DNA from: Nitrospirota bacterium
GTDB lineage: Bacteria; Nitrospirota; Nitrospiria; SBBL01; SBBA01
Assembly: GCA_038059935.1 (NCBI GenBank)
Contig: JBBTIN010000005.1
Coordinates: 1-56,118, forward strand
Direction of reading: 5' to 3'
Length of the DNA stretch: 56,118 nt
The notes under the pieces were generated by a model. That model was not told the DNA's origin. It saw only the letters and a list, made by a program, of their open reading frames with translations, and did not search any database. The first letter of the stretch is position 1. Every line of letters starts with the position of its first letter. The translations under genes and the position numbers were made by a program. This document shows, in pieces, positions 17,481-27,351 of this stretch.

Positions 17481-18719
17481 ATGAATAACTATCGTGAAAT
17501 TAATGCATGTCGCGTCAGCCAAAGCAGCCGTCTCGTCTCTGTTGTCAATTTAGGCATTCAGACACTCACCGGTGTCTTCCCAAAGAGCACGACGGATCCG
17601 ATTACGCAAGGCCCACTTGAATTGGTCTGGTGCCCTGACAGCGGCCTCCTTCAACTAAAGCACGCTTACGCGCCAGATGAAATGTATGGCGAAAACTATG
17701 GGTATCGCTCTGGGCTAAACCAATCCATGGTAGATCACTTAACAGAGAAGGTGCGGACGCTGGAACGGGTGGTCACGTTAAACCCCAATGATGTGGTTTT
17801 GGACATTGGCAGTAACGATGCCACGACGCTTAAGGCCTATTCAGCAAAAGGCATTCGGAGAATTGGGATTGACCCCACCGGGAAAAAGTTTCAGCAGTAT
17901 TACACGGATGAGATTACACTGATCCCCGACTTTTTTTCATCCGATGCTTATCGAAAAGCGGAAAAAAGTCCGGCAAAAATTGTGACCTCTATTGCGATGT
18001 TTTATGATCTCGATGCGCCGGTTGCCTTTGCCAAACAGGTTGAATCTATTTTGGCGGACGACGGCATCTGGCATTTTGAGCAAAGTTATATGCCCTCCAT
18101 GTTACGCCTCAACGCTTACGACACCATCTGTCACGAACACTTGGAATATTATTCGCTGGGTGTGATTACAAAAATCATGGAACAAGCGGGGTTAAAAGTC
18201 GTAGATGTCATCATGAACGCCGTCAATGGAGGTAGTTTCGCGGTCACCGTCGCAAAGGTCGGTAATCGGCAGATCAAGCAAAATCGTGCAGTGATTGACT
18301 GGCTGCTGATGCAAGAAGAGAGAATGGGATTAAACACCCCTGCTCCCTACCGCCATTTTGAGGAACGTATTTTTCGGCACAAAGACGACCTGACTCGACT
18401 GATTCATGGGCTCAATGCTGATGGAAAGAAAATTATCTGCTATGGTGCCTCTACGAAAGGAAATGTGGTCCTGCAATTTTGTGGATTCACGGCAAAGGAT
18501 ATTCCCGCGGTCGCGGAGGTCAATCCTGATAAATTCGGCTGCTTTACGCCCGGAACGCATATCCCAATTATTTCGGAAAAAGAGGCCCGAGCGATGAAGC
18601 CTGATTATTTCCTCGTCTTACCCTGGCACTTCAAAGATGGGATTGTCCGTCGGGAAAAGGAGTTTTTATCAAACGGGGGCCGAATGATCTTCCCCTTTCC
18701 AGAAATTGAAATTATTTGA
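17481..18719 (+). CDS. NDP-sugar C-methyltransferase (class I SAM, Zn-binding N-terminus)
   Basis: YGYRSG, VLDIGSNDAT, YDTICHEHLEYYS, NGGS, YGASTKGN, TPGTHIPI, PDYFLVLPWHF. Confidence 0.88.
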   Translation: MNNYREINACRVSQSSRLVSVVNLGIQTLTGVFPKSTTDPITQGPLELVWCPDSGLLQLKHAYAPDEMYGENYGYRSGLNQSMVDHLTEKVRTLERVVTLNPNDVVLDIGSNDATTLKAYSAKGIRRIGIDPTGKKFQQYYTDEITLIPDFFSSDAYRKAEKSPAKIVTSIAMFYDLDAPVAFAKQVESILADDGIWHFEQSYMPSMLRLNAYDTICHEHLEYYSLGVITKIMEQAGLKVVDVIMNAVNGGSFAVTVAKVGNRQIKQNRAVIDWLLMQEERMGLNTPAPYRHFEERIFRHKDDLTRLIHGLNADGKKIICYGASTKGNVVLQFCGFTAKDIPAVAEVNPDKFGCFTPGTHIPIISEKEARAMKPDYFLVLPWHFKDGIVRREKEFLSNGGRMIFPFPEIEII

Positions 18720-20061
18720 TGGCACTTTCCCTGTTTGCTTTTACATAAAAAACGGATAAAGCCAACAAAACAAAGGCGGAACCGCTCGTTGACAGCATGA
18801 TTCCTACAAGGGCATAAGCGTCAACCAGCAAGACATTTAGTCCCACTTTGGCACAAAGTACCCCAATCGTGATCATCAGCAATTCTTTGTATCGGCCTAA
18901 TGCAGCCAGCCATTGCACCAACACAACGCCTGCACAATAAAATGGCAACTGTAACAGTCCAAAACGGAGCAACAAACTGATTGCCGCCGTATTTTCTGCA
19001 GTAAACGCACCCCGTTCAAAAAGGAGTCTGACCCCCCAAGGGGCCAGTAACCAGCCCACCAAGGCAACACCACTCCAAATGACAAACATCAACCCAGACC
19101 ATTTCATGGCTTGAGTTCGTCCCAAGTCGTATTCTCCGCTTGCTGCGACCTCCGACAAGACAGGGAGTAGCACGCGGCCGATGATGAGTGTCCCAATTCC
19201 AATGGCAAAGGCAATGATCCGGTTGGTATACCCCAGCATTGCAATGGCTCCGTCACCCATTTGAGCGGCAAAAATTTGATCAATCGGAATAGAAAGTGCC
19301 GCAATCAATTGTCCAAGTGCCATCAAGCCGAGTCCACCGTAAAAACCACGCCAGCATGGCGAATCGTGCGTGATAGCAATCCGGCCCAATCCGTCATCAG
19401 CGCGATGGGTCAGAAAGCCAAGCCAGAGGGCTTGCGCCACCGCGCCAAAAAGGGTTCCAGAGATCAGGGGCCACAGATTGATGTCGTCAGGCGTGAATAA
19501 AATAAAGGCGACAATACAAAACGCAGGCACGGCCTCCATCAGAGCATAACCAAATTGCTCCCGGGCCTGTAAGCGAATAGATAAAATGCCGGAGAACAGC
19601 GTGAGCATCGCCAAGGGGGATAGTTGCCATGTGATCAAGCGCACCCGTTCCTGTATGCCCGTTGAAAGTCCGCTTGTCGTCAAGCCATGTGCCCATCCCA
19701 AAAATACGGATAAGATCACCATGGCCATTCCCAAAATGATTATTCTGCCATTTAACTCTGAAATAAAACGGGATCGTTCCGAAGGATTGTTCATTGCCAT
19801 GAGCCGTGGGACGAGCACAACGACTCCTGTCGAACAAAGTACCATAGGAAGCCATGTCGTCATGGTCATGGCCAAAAAGTAGGCATCTACCTCACTACTA
19901 ACCCCATAACGCCACGCAATCGTCATCTCTTTGAGGGCAACCATCGCCTTGGCAGTAATGGTGAGCATGCCGAGCAGCAACATCCCCCACGCAATACGCT
20001 GGTGATTCGGATGCATTTCTCTAAAACGGCGGGGCAATTTACTGACAAGGTAATTTTTCAA
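18712..20061 (-). CDS. MurJ/MviN-like polysaccharide flippase (MOP superfamily)
   Basis: About 12 TM helices, AWRYGVSSEVDAY, LLFERGAFTAENT. Start uncertain (20061 or 20016). Confidence 0.82.
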   Translation of the reverse strand: MKNYLVSKLPRRFREMHPNHQRIAWGMLLLGMLTITAKAMVALKEMTIAWRYGVSSEVDAYFLAMTMTTWLPMVLCSTGVVVLVPRLMAMNNPSERSRFISELNGRIIILGMAMVILSVFLGWAHGLTTSGLSTGIQERVRLITWQLSPLAMLTLFSGILSIRLQAREQFGYALMEAVPAFCIVAFILFTPDDINLWPLISGTLFGAVAQALWLGFLTHRADDGLGRIAITHDSPCWRGFYGGLGLMALGQLIAALSIPIDQIFAAQMGDGAIAMLGYTNRIIAFAIGIGTLIIGRVLLPVLSEVAASGEYDLGRTQAMKWSGLMFVIWSGVALVGWLLAPWGVRLLFERGAFTAENTAAISLLLRFGLLQLPFYCAGVVLVQWLAALGRYKELLMITIGVLCAKVGLNVLLVDAYALVGIMLSTSGSAFVLLALSVFYVKANRESAIK

Positions 20062-20201
20062 AGGGCTTCCTGATTGGCCTACGATGCTTGCATTAAAACG
20101 GGTTCTTGGTTATAAAGTAACCTGATCTTGTTTCATAGGTCAAATCCAAATTTTAATGTTGAAGTCGGCATTCCAAATAAAAATGATCATGAGGTTGCAC
20201 A

Positions 20202-20954
20202 ATGGAGATATTACAAAATAAAACACAAATAAAAAACGCGCGTTCTGAATTAGTTAGAAAAGGGGTTTCGGCTATTGACTCTCCAATCCGCGCTTTCATG
20301 CGTCGCCTAGGCCTCGTAGAGGGTGTTGGTGTCGGCGATTACATTAAAAGTTGGGATCTCCTTTCTAGTGTCACATTTCTTGAACAACATGTAAAAAAGA
20401 ATGAACCGATACTCGATATCGGTTGCTTTGCATCTGAAATACTGGGAGTACTGCATCAATTGGGATATCAGAAACTCTCCGGCGTAGATATGAATCCTGA
20501 TTTATCCAAAATGCCCTATTCAGACCAGATCCGGTATGAAATATCTGACTTTATGAAAACACCATTTCAAGAGGCCTCCTTCCGTGCGGTTACGGCCATT
20601 TCAGTCATTGAACATGGATTTTGCTCCGATGCGCTCTTAAAAGAGCTGTCACGATTACTCATGCCGGGTGGATTTTTTATTGCCTCCTTTGATTACTGGC
20701 CTGAGAAGATTGATACCAGCACAATAAAATTATTTGGAATGGATTGGAGAATCTTTTCTGAGAGAGACGTGAACGACTTTGTTCAGGAGGCTTCTGAATA
20801 TGGGTTCTTACCGGTTGGAAAGATAAACAATACCGCAGCAGATAAGGTCATTCATTGGGGTGGACAAAAATATACCTTTGGATGGTTAGTGCTTGAAAAA
20901 TCGGTGAGTGGAGCGTCCGCTGTGGGCGGAACAACGTCCACTGCGGAAAAATGA
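20202..20954 (+). CDS. Class I SAM-dependent methyltransferase
   Basis: ILDIGC motif I, AISVIEHG, LLMPGG. Confidence 0.85.
   Translation: MEILQNKTQIKNARSELVRKGVSAIDSPIRAFMRRLGLVEGVGVGDYIKSWDLLSSVTFLEQHVKKNEPILDIGCFASEILGVLHQLGYQKLSGVDMNPDLSKMPYSDQIRYEISDFMKTPFQEASFRAVTAISVIEHGFCSDALLKELSRLLMPGGFFIASFDYWPEKIDTSTIKLFGMDWRIFSERDVNDFVQEASEYGFLPVGKINNTAADKVIHWGGQKYTFGWLVLEKSVSGASAVGGTTSTAEK
20908..20947 (+). repeat. Two tandem degenerate RCG micro-hairpins forming the methyltransferase C-terminal tail
   Basis: GTGGA-GCG-TCCGC-TGTGG then GCGGA-ACAACG-TCCAC-TGCGGA. Confidence 0.6.
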
Positions 20955-22036
20955 GGGTTCTATTGATCACCGGGTCGTTTCCTCCCGATCAATGCGGGGT
21001 AGGGGATTACTCTTTTAATCTGGCCAAGGCACTGGATTCCCTTCCCGAAATAAAAATAGCGGTTTTGACAAACTGCTCGTCAGCGCATCCGGCCTCACAC
21101 GAAACATTCGATCTTTTTCCGCTCATCCCCAAATGGCGTTTATCAGAGATCGGAAAAGTCATAAAGGTCATTCGAGAATGGACCCCCGATATTGTCCATA
21201 TACAGTATCCCACGCAAGGATATCAGCGCGGGCTATTGTCTTGGTTTATTCCGCTTCTCGCTTTTTGTATGGGGAAAACAGTTGTCCAGACATGGCATGA
21301 ATTTTATCGTAAAAAACATATCCCCCAACTTTTTCTCAAAACGATTGTTCCAGGGGGGATCATCTTTGTCCGTCCACAATACAGGGAAAATCTCTCCTCT
21401 TTTTTACAGTGGTCTCTCTGGGGAAAAAAAACGGTGCAGATAGAGAACGCATCGACTATTCCTAATGTTGTTTTAAATCAAGAGGAAACCCATCGCTTAA
21501 GAAGAACCTACTTAATGGAACAAAAACGATTAGTTATTTTCTTTGGTTTTGTCTATGAACATAAAGGCGTTGAACAACTATTTGAAATTGCAAATCCAAC
21601 AACAGACCAGATTGTCATCGCAGGGGGAATGACTCAAGAAGATCCCTATTGTCAGAAGGTTTTACGACTGGCCGCCACAACAACGTGGCAAGGGAAAGCA
21701 TCCGTGAAAGGGTTTCTATCGAACAACGATATTGCTGCATTGCTAAGCATTGCTGATGCCGTTGTTTTGCCATTTAAAATTGGAGGGGGAGAGTGGAATA
21801 CGTCGCTTCACGCGGCGATCTTGCAAGGGACGTTTGTCATCACCACCTCTTTGAACCCATGCGGCTACGACACAAAACAAAATGTTTATTATGCAAAACC
21901 AAACGATGTAATGGCAATGCAGGCCGCGTTACAAACGTATGCCGGGAAACGGCGTCCGTTCTCCCCCGATATAGATGGCGATCCCTGGCACCAAATTGCG
22001 ATTAAACATCAATCGTTCTACCTCAGTGTCAGCTGA
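20951..22036 (+). CDS. Glycosyltransferase family 4
   Basis: SFPPDQCGVGDY, DIVHIQYP, FFGFVYEHKG, ADAVVLPF; ATGA overlap with the upstream gene. Confidence 0.88.
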   Translation: MRVLLITGSFPPDQCGVGDYSFNLAKALDSLPEIKIAVLTNCSSAHPASHETFDLFPLIPKWRLSEIGKVIKVIREWTPDIVHIQYPTQGYQRGLLSWFIPLLAFCMGKTVVQTWHEFYRKKHIPQLFLKTIVPGGIIFVRPQYRENLSSFLQWSLWGKKTVQIENASTIPNVVLNQEETHRLRRTYLMEQKRLVIFFGFVYEHKGVEQLFEIANPTTDQIVIAGGMTQEDPYCQKVLRLAATTTWQGKASVKGFLSNNDIAALLSIADAVVLPFKIGGGEWNTSLHAAILQGTFVITTSLNPCGYDTKQNVYYAKPNDVMAMQAALQTYAGKRRPFSPDIDGDPWHQIAIKHQSFYLSVS

Positions 22037-22046
22037 TAATGCCCCT

Positions 22047-25000
22047 CTAAAATTTGACGTCAACCGGTAGCGGCGCAATCAAAACCAAACCGGTTCCAAT
22101 CTGTCCGGTGCTGTTATTTCCCCAGCATTTTACTTGCCCAACTGGATTTTGCAGCATGGCACAAACGTGATCAACCCCGGCGTCAATTGAAGAAACGGTT
22201 AAAGGGGTTGGTGTGTTCTCCCTTGATTGAGGAACGAGTGCAGGTGTTGACTCGAAGAGATCGTCTCTTCCTATTCCCAATTGTCCAACATCATTGAATC
22301 CCCAACAATAGACATGGTTATTCACATTTATAATGGCACAGGTATAGCGGTCCCCCGCCGTAATCGCTGATGCAAAAATGCCTACAACATGGAGTGGAAG
22401 GCTCGATGTCGTAGTCGTATCAGGAGATTCGAGATCGAATGGATTAACCCCAAGTTGTCCCATGTTGTTATTCCCCCAGCAATAGACCTCACGGGTATTA
22501 CTAATTGCGCAAGTGTGATCTTCCCCTGCAGCAATGGCAATCGCTCCACTAGGTATAGTGACTGGAGAGGGGGTTAGCACCCAATTGGTTTCAGCACTTG
22601 TTCCTGCCTGTCCGTAACTATTCTCTCCCCAGCAGTAAACCGTCCCACCACTCAAGATAACACAGGCATGAGAGTCCCCAACTGCAAGCGTTGAAGCGGT
22701 CATGGTATTCGCTACAAGACCTGGTAGCGCATTGTCATTCCTTGTGCCATTTCCCATTTGTCCGTTGTTTCCGTAACCCCAGCATTTTACATTGTTCGGG
22801 CCATTTTCTAACGCACAGTTATAACTCGTGCCTGCCAAGACGGCTATGGCATTTAAATTCCCTTGAACAACTACGGGGATAATTGATGCTGTTCTTGTTT
22901 CATTCCCAAGTTGACCATTGTTGTTGTCCCCCCAACATTGGATAGAAGATGCGTTTCTTGCACAAGCGTGGGAATGCCCTGCCGACACGCTCTCGGCGCC
23001 GGTTATTCCAAAGACATCGGACGGAACAGGAGAGTTTTCCATTGTCGCATTCCCCAGCTGCCCGTCCTCATTGGATCCCATACACTTTATCGTACTCGTG
23101 CCCCCACTCGTATTAAAACAGGTAAAGTTGCCGCCTGCTGTAACCGAAGTTGCCGAACTGATTTCAGGCACAAGAATCGGTGTGGATGAAATGGCCCGCT
23201 GCCCGTTTCCAATCTGCCCGGAATTGTTGTCTCCCCAGCACTTCATGTTGCCGCCGATCAATTGCACGCAAGTATGCAACCCGCCTGTCAAGATTGATTT
23301 CGCTTTATCGACCCCCAGATCAACAGAAACAGGAACGAGAGAACGGATGATTGTACTCGTACTATTTCCCAATCCTAACTGCCCAGAACGATTGTCTCCC
23401 CAACACGAAACAGTGTCATTTGTAAGAAGGGCACAGGTATGCGCCCCCCCGGCGGAAACGGCGATTGCAGGCAATCCCCCCGGAAATACCGGTGCCGTTG
23501 AAGTGGCAGTCGTATTATTTCCCAACTGCCCGGAGCTGTTATTCCCCCAGCAGGCGACACTGTTATCAAGTGAACGAATTGCACAGGTATGCCCACCCCC
23601 TGCAGAAATTGATTTTGCGGCAAAAGACGGGACCATTACTGGTGTTGTCGAAGTGGCTGTACTATTATTTCCCAACTGCCCAAAACGATTATCCCCCCAA
23701 CAAAATACGTTTCCGTTTGGACGAAGTGCGCAGGTATGAAAATCTCCAGCATCAATCGCATCCGAGGGCCAAACAGAATTATGCGTGGAGACAGGAATCG
23801 TTGAAGAGGCACTTGTGCTGCCGTTTCCCAACTGACCGAATTGGTTATCTCCCCAGCACTTGATGACGCCGCTTTGTAAACGTGCACAGGTATGTGATTC
23901 CCCTGCCGTTACAGAAACAGTGCCCAAAAGATCTTTCACCGGTATGGGCAACAGGGATCTGTTGTTTGTTCCGTCTCCGATTTGGCCGTACGCATTATTA
24001 CCCCAACAACGCACAGTCCCATTTTTGAAGGTGGCACAGGTATGCGCCCCCCCGGCAGTCATATTGATCGCCTGCCCGATACTATTAACATCCTCGGGAG
24101 TGGAGATATTTTTGATCGAACCATTTCCCAATTGTCCGAAGGTATTTTGTCCCCAACATTTCATTTCTCCATTGGTCATCAGCGTGCAGCTGTGTTTCTT
24201 TCCGAGAGCCAAATCCTTAGGCACTGCGGCTGCCACCGTGAGTGTCGTGGTTCCGGTTGATGTGCCATACCATGCGCGAATCTCCGAGGTGCCACTGGTG
24301 GAAAAGGTTGTTGCAAGCCCCTGACTTCCCGCATCGTTACTGATCGTTGCAACAAAGATTTTGTCGCTTTCCCAACTCACAGCGGTGGTCAAGTCTTGTT
24401 CATCGTTATCGGTAAAAACGCCTATGGCTGTAAAAGATTGTGTATCCCCTTGAGGAACCTTTGGATTAGACGGGGTAATAAGAATATGGTCAATGACCGC
24501 CGCCGTCACGGTTAATCCTGTAATCGCGCTGGTGGATTGGAATGTCGCGCTAACGGTTGTCGTTCCTTGTTTTATTGTCGTCAGAAGCCCGCCCTGATTG
24601 ATGATTGCTATTGTCCCGTCTGTAACAGACCAAATTGCGTATGCGGTTACATCAAAAACGGTATTAACGGTATTAACGGGATTAACGATTTCCTCGGAGT
24701 AATTCGCTTCTGCCTTGTACTGTACTTTTGCGCCCTGTCCCACTGATTTGCTTTGGGGAGACACTGTAACAGTCTGTAACTTTGCATTGTTCACCTTTAG
24801 CGTAGTTGTTCCAGTGACCGGCCCCCGAGTGGTGTCAAGCGTTGCTCTAATATAGGTCTCCCCCTCGTTCTTCCCAGTGGCCAATCCACTTTGGTTGACC
24901 GTTGCGCGTGCCGGTTCAGATGAATTCCAGCTGACGCTTGCACTAATATCCTGAACTAGATCGCCATAGATACCCTTCGCTACATATTGTCTGGAGATGC

Positions 25001-26783
25001 CGACCGGAATCGTCGGCGTTTTATCTGTTGTTGTAATCTCAATGCGATCTAGTGTGAGTGTCCTGACGTCCAGTCGTGTTTGAACAGACGCAGACTCAAA
25101 CGCGGCACGAATTTCTGCGGTTCCACTCTTTAGTCCATAGACAAGCCCCCCTTTTGAGATAGAGGCAATATCGTCTCCTTCCGAAACAGACCATACGGCC
25201 GATTCCGTTAAATCTTTTGTCGTTCCGTTTGAAAAAGTCCCGATGGCCTTAAATTGCAAGACAGACTCAACGGCCATGATCCAGTTTTGCGGCTCGATTT
25301 GAATCGAACTTAATGTGGCGTTTGATACAGTGAGCACTGTAGAACCGCTTGTTTTATCGCCAAAATCGGCCGTGGCTCGGATATTGACCGTCCCTATTCT
25401 CTTGCCCAAGGCCCTCCCGGTGGCATCAATCGTTGCAACAGTTGAATCGGCGCTCCATTGAACAGAATAGGCCAAATCTTGTGTAATCCCATCACTAAAA
25501 ATTCCTGTTGCAAAAAACTGTTCGGTGATGCCAATCGGCACAAAAGCGGAAACTGGCGTGACTAAGATCGCGGAAAGCGTCACATTCCTTACAGTCAGCG
25601 ACGTAGAGGCACTCACGACCGTAGTGGATGTCCCAATCGGCCCAAAGGAGGCTGTAATTGTGGTTGTTGCTGTGGCCGTTACATTCGCCGCAGTCACAAG
25701 CCCGGTAGAGTCAATTGTGGCAATACCAGCCGATGAAGTGCTCCAATCGGCCAACTCGGTAATATCCTCTGACGCGCCGGTGTCAAAGGTGCCAATCGCT
25801 GTATATTTCATCTTTGTTTCTTTCGCGATAGAATGGTTTTTCGGGATCAGATTAATTGAGTCGAGCTTTCCGGGAAGAACAGACAAAATGGCACTTCCCG
25901 TTTTTGACCCCAACGAAGAGATCGCCGTCGCGGCAATGGTGACTTTCCCGCTGGGAAGGCTCCCCCTTGCCTTTCCCTTGTTGGTAATCGTTGCGATGGT
26001 TGGATCAGATGAACTCCACACAACCTCTTCTGCCGATAAGTTCCGGCTGATTTTGTCACTAAACACACCCGTTGCAGTAAACTGCTGGGTGAGGCCGGGC
26101 AAAAGCAATGCTCTCAAAGGCGTGATTATAATTGAATTCAACGAAACCGCTTTGACTGTCGTACTGATGGTTCCTTCGATTCCATGAAATTGGGCTGTGA
26201 CAGTAGGGGATCCCGCAGAAACGCCCGTTGCCAATCCGGTTGTCCCAATGGTGGCAGCGGAATTCGAGACACGCCATATCGCAGACTGGGTAATGTCTGA
26301 TATCTTTCCGTCGCTCCATGTTCCGATTGCCGTGAATTGGTTTTTTCCGCCAACGACCGTGTCCGGTTTTTCTGCTGTCACTGTAATGGCCTCTACGGCG
26401 ACGGTTGCAACGGTTAGTGTTGTGCTTGAAGAAAACGAGTCGTTGTGCTTTGCGGTAATAACGGTCTGACCTACTGTTAGGGTGTTGACCACGCCCAATG
26501 GACTGACCGTCGCAATGGACGGAGCGGATGAACTCCACGTGGCAGATGCGGTCAGAATGGTTGTGGAATCATCGGTTAGGGTTCCCGTGAGCTTAAAAGG
26601 GCGTGGCTTGTTTAATGCGAGATAAAGGCCGTTGGGAGTAAGACTAACCGATTTTAAAACAAGCTGTGTGGTTTTCGGGGGCGTTGGTTTTGGACAGCCA
26701 AAAAGCGACAGTGTCAGGAGCAAGAAGACAAAGAGATGCCATGCGACAGGAAAGCGTCTATTTTTTTCTTTGGTGATATTCAT
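22047..26783 (-). CDS. Large surface lipoprotein with 9 Ig-like (Big_2) repeats and 14 RCC1-like repeats
   Basis: Lipobox LSLFGC; repeated L.SI.I.P...F.A.G.FSD...W.SS units; 14 copies of G..HTC...CWG.N..GQLG. Confidence 0.88.
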   Translation of the reverse strand: MNITKEKNRRFPVAWHLFVFLLLTLSLFGCPKPTPPKTTQLVLKSVSLTPNGLYLALNKPRPFKLTGTLTDDSTTILTASATWSSSAPSIATVSPLGVVNTLTVGQTVITAKHNDSFSSSTTLTVATVAVEAITVTAEKPDTVVGGKNQFTAIGTWSDGKISDITQSAIWRVSNSAATIGTTGLATGVSAGSPTVTAQFHGIEGTISTTVKAVSLNSIIITPLRALLLPGLTQQFTATGVFSDKISRNLSAEEVVWSSSDPTIATITNKGKARGSLPSGKVTIAATAISSLGSKTGSAILSVLPGKLDSINLIPKNHSIAKETKMKYTAIGTFDTGASEDITELADWSTSSAGIATIDSTGLVTAANVTATATTTITASFGPIGTSTTVVSASTSLTVRNVTLSAILVTPVSAFVPIGITEQFFATGIFSDGITQDLAYSVQWSADSTVATIDATGRALGKRIGTVNIRATADFGDKTSGSTVLTVSNATLSSIQIEPQNWIMAVESVLQFKAIGTFSNGTTKDLTESAVWSVSEGDDIASISKGGLVYGLKSGTAEIRAAFESASVQTRLDVRTLTLDRIEITTTDKTPTIPVGISRQYVAKGIYGDLVQDISASVSWNSSEPARATVNQSGLATGKNEGETYIRATLDTTRGPVTGTTTLKVNNAKLQTVTVSPQSKSVGQGAKVQYKAEANYSEEIVNPVNTVNTVFDVTAYAIWSVTDGTIAIINQGGLLTTIKQGTTTVSATFQSTSAITGLTVTAAVIDHILITPSNPKVPQGDTQSFTAIGVFTDNDEQDLTTAVSWESDKIFVATISNDAGSQGLATTFSTSGTSEIRAWYGTSTGTTTLTVAAAVPKDLALGKKHSCTLMTNGEMKCWGQNTFGQLGNGSIKNISTPEDVNSIGQAINMTAGGAHTCATFKNGTVRCWGNNAYGQIGDGTNNRSLLPIPVKDLLGTVSVTAGESHTCARLQSGVIKCWGDNQFGQLGNGSTSASSTIPVSTHNSVWPSDAIDAGDFHTCALRPNGNVFCWGDNRFGQLGNNSTATSTTPVMVPSFAAKSISAGGGHTCAIRSLDNSVACWGNNSSGQLGNNTTATSTAPVFPGGLPAIAVSAGGAHTCALLTNDTVSCWGDNRSGQLGLGNSTSTIIRSLVPVSVDLGVDKAKSILTGGLHTCVQLIGGNMKCWGDNNSGQIGNGQRAISSTPILVPEISSATSVTAGGNFTCFNTSGGTSTIKCMGSNEDGQLGNATMENSPVPSDVFGITGAESVSAGHSHACARNASSIQCWGDNNNGQLGNETRTASIIPVVVQGNLNAIAVLAGTSYNCALENGPNNVKCWGYGNNGQMGNGTRNDNALPGLVANTMTASTLAVGDSHACVILSGGTVYCWGENSYGQAGTSAETNWVLTPSPVTIPSGAIAIAAGEDHTCAISNTREVYCWGNNNMGQLGVNPFDLESPDTTTTSSLPLHVVGIFASAITAGDRYTCAIINVNNHVYCWGFNDVGQLGIGRDDLFESTPALVPQSRENTPTPLTVSSIDAGVDHVCAMLQNPVGQVKCWGNNSTGQIGTGLVLIAPLPVDVKF
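24657..24687. repeat. 9-bp in-frame tandem repeat, about 3.5 units
   Basis: AACGGTATT AACGGTATT AACGGGATT AACG, encoding VNPVNTVNTV. Confidence 0.7.
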
Positions 26784-26877
26784 CCCAGCCTCCTACTTTG
26801 TAATGATACCACACACAAAAAAAAAACACCAAAGAGAGATGAAAAGGATATTGGCTCTTGGAAATGATTGGAGTGGA

Positions 26878-27222
26878 TCACCCCGGTGGCCAGTAAAAGG
26901 GGCGGCCGCTCATCAGATGAATATGAAGATGGAAAACAGTTTGGCCAGCCAATGCGCCTGTATTGATTACAGTGCGAAATCCGAGTTTCTCGCCCCCAAG
27001 CATGGAGACCACCCAAAGCAGATGTCCTAACAAGGCTTTATCCTCTTCCTTGGCATCAGCGAGAGAACTAATATGTCTTTTGGGAACCACCAAAAGATGA
27101 CCGGGGGCCTGCGGATTGATATCGTTAAACGCAATGCAAAGCCCATCCTCATATTCCAACTTACTGGGGATGGTTTTATTCACAATTTTACAAAAAAGAC
27201 AAACAGGTTCTTCTGGTGACAC
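26878..27222 (-). CDS. hinT: Histidine triad (HIT) nucleotide-binding protein
   Basis: CLFCKI, FNDINPQAP, GQTVFHLHIH, WPPG. Confidence 0.93.
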   Translation of the reverse strand: MSPEEPVCLFCKIVNKTIPSKLEYEDGLCIAFNDINPQAPGHLLVVPKRHISSLADAKEEDKALLGHLLWVVSMLGGEKLGFRTVINTGALAGQTVFHLHIHLMSGRPFYWPPG

Positions 27223-27303
27223 GGGCCGCTCCTTCTTATTTTAATGACAGGGGGTACAACCCAGCCTCATACAAATATCAACATGAAGCGGATTTGTCTT
27301 TTC

Positions 27304-27351
27304 ACAGCGACCAACGGGAAGCTGTCACTCCTCGCTGGGGCACGCTGCCCC
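27304..27351 (+). repeat. Stop-abutting GACCAACGGGA element plus inverted micro-hairpin
   Basis: ACAGC-GACCAACGGGAA-GCTGT; minus strand GGGGCA-GCG-TGCCCC-AGCGAG directly after the thiolase stop. Confidence 0.75.

Noticed and set aside
16105-22036. Integrative element at the tRNA-Ser/Arg pair
   Set aside because: I found no integrase and no duplicated tRNA 3' end by eye.
22918-26187. Long plus-strand ORFs (273, 154 and 220 aa)
   Set aside because: They are antisense shadows of the repetitive RCC1/Ig gene.
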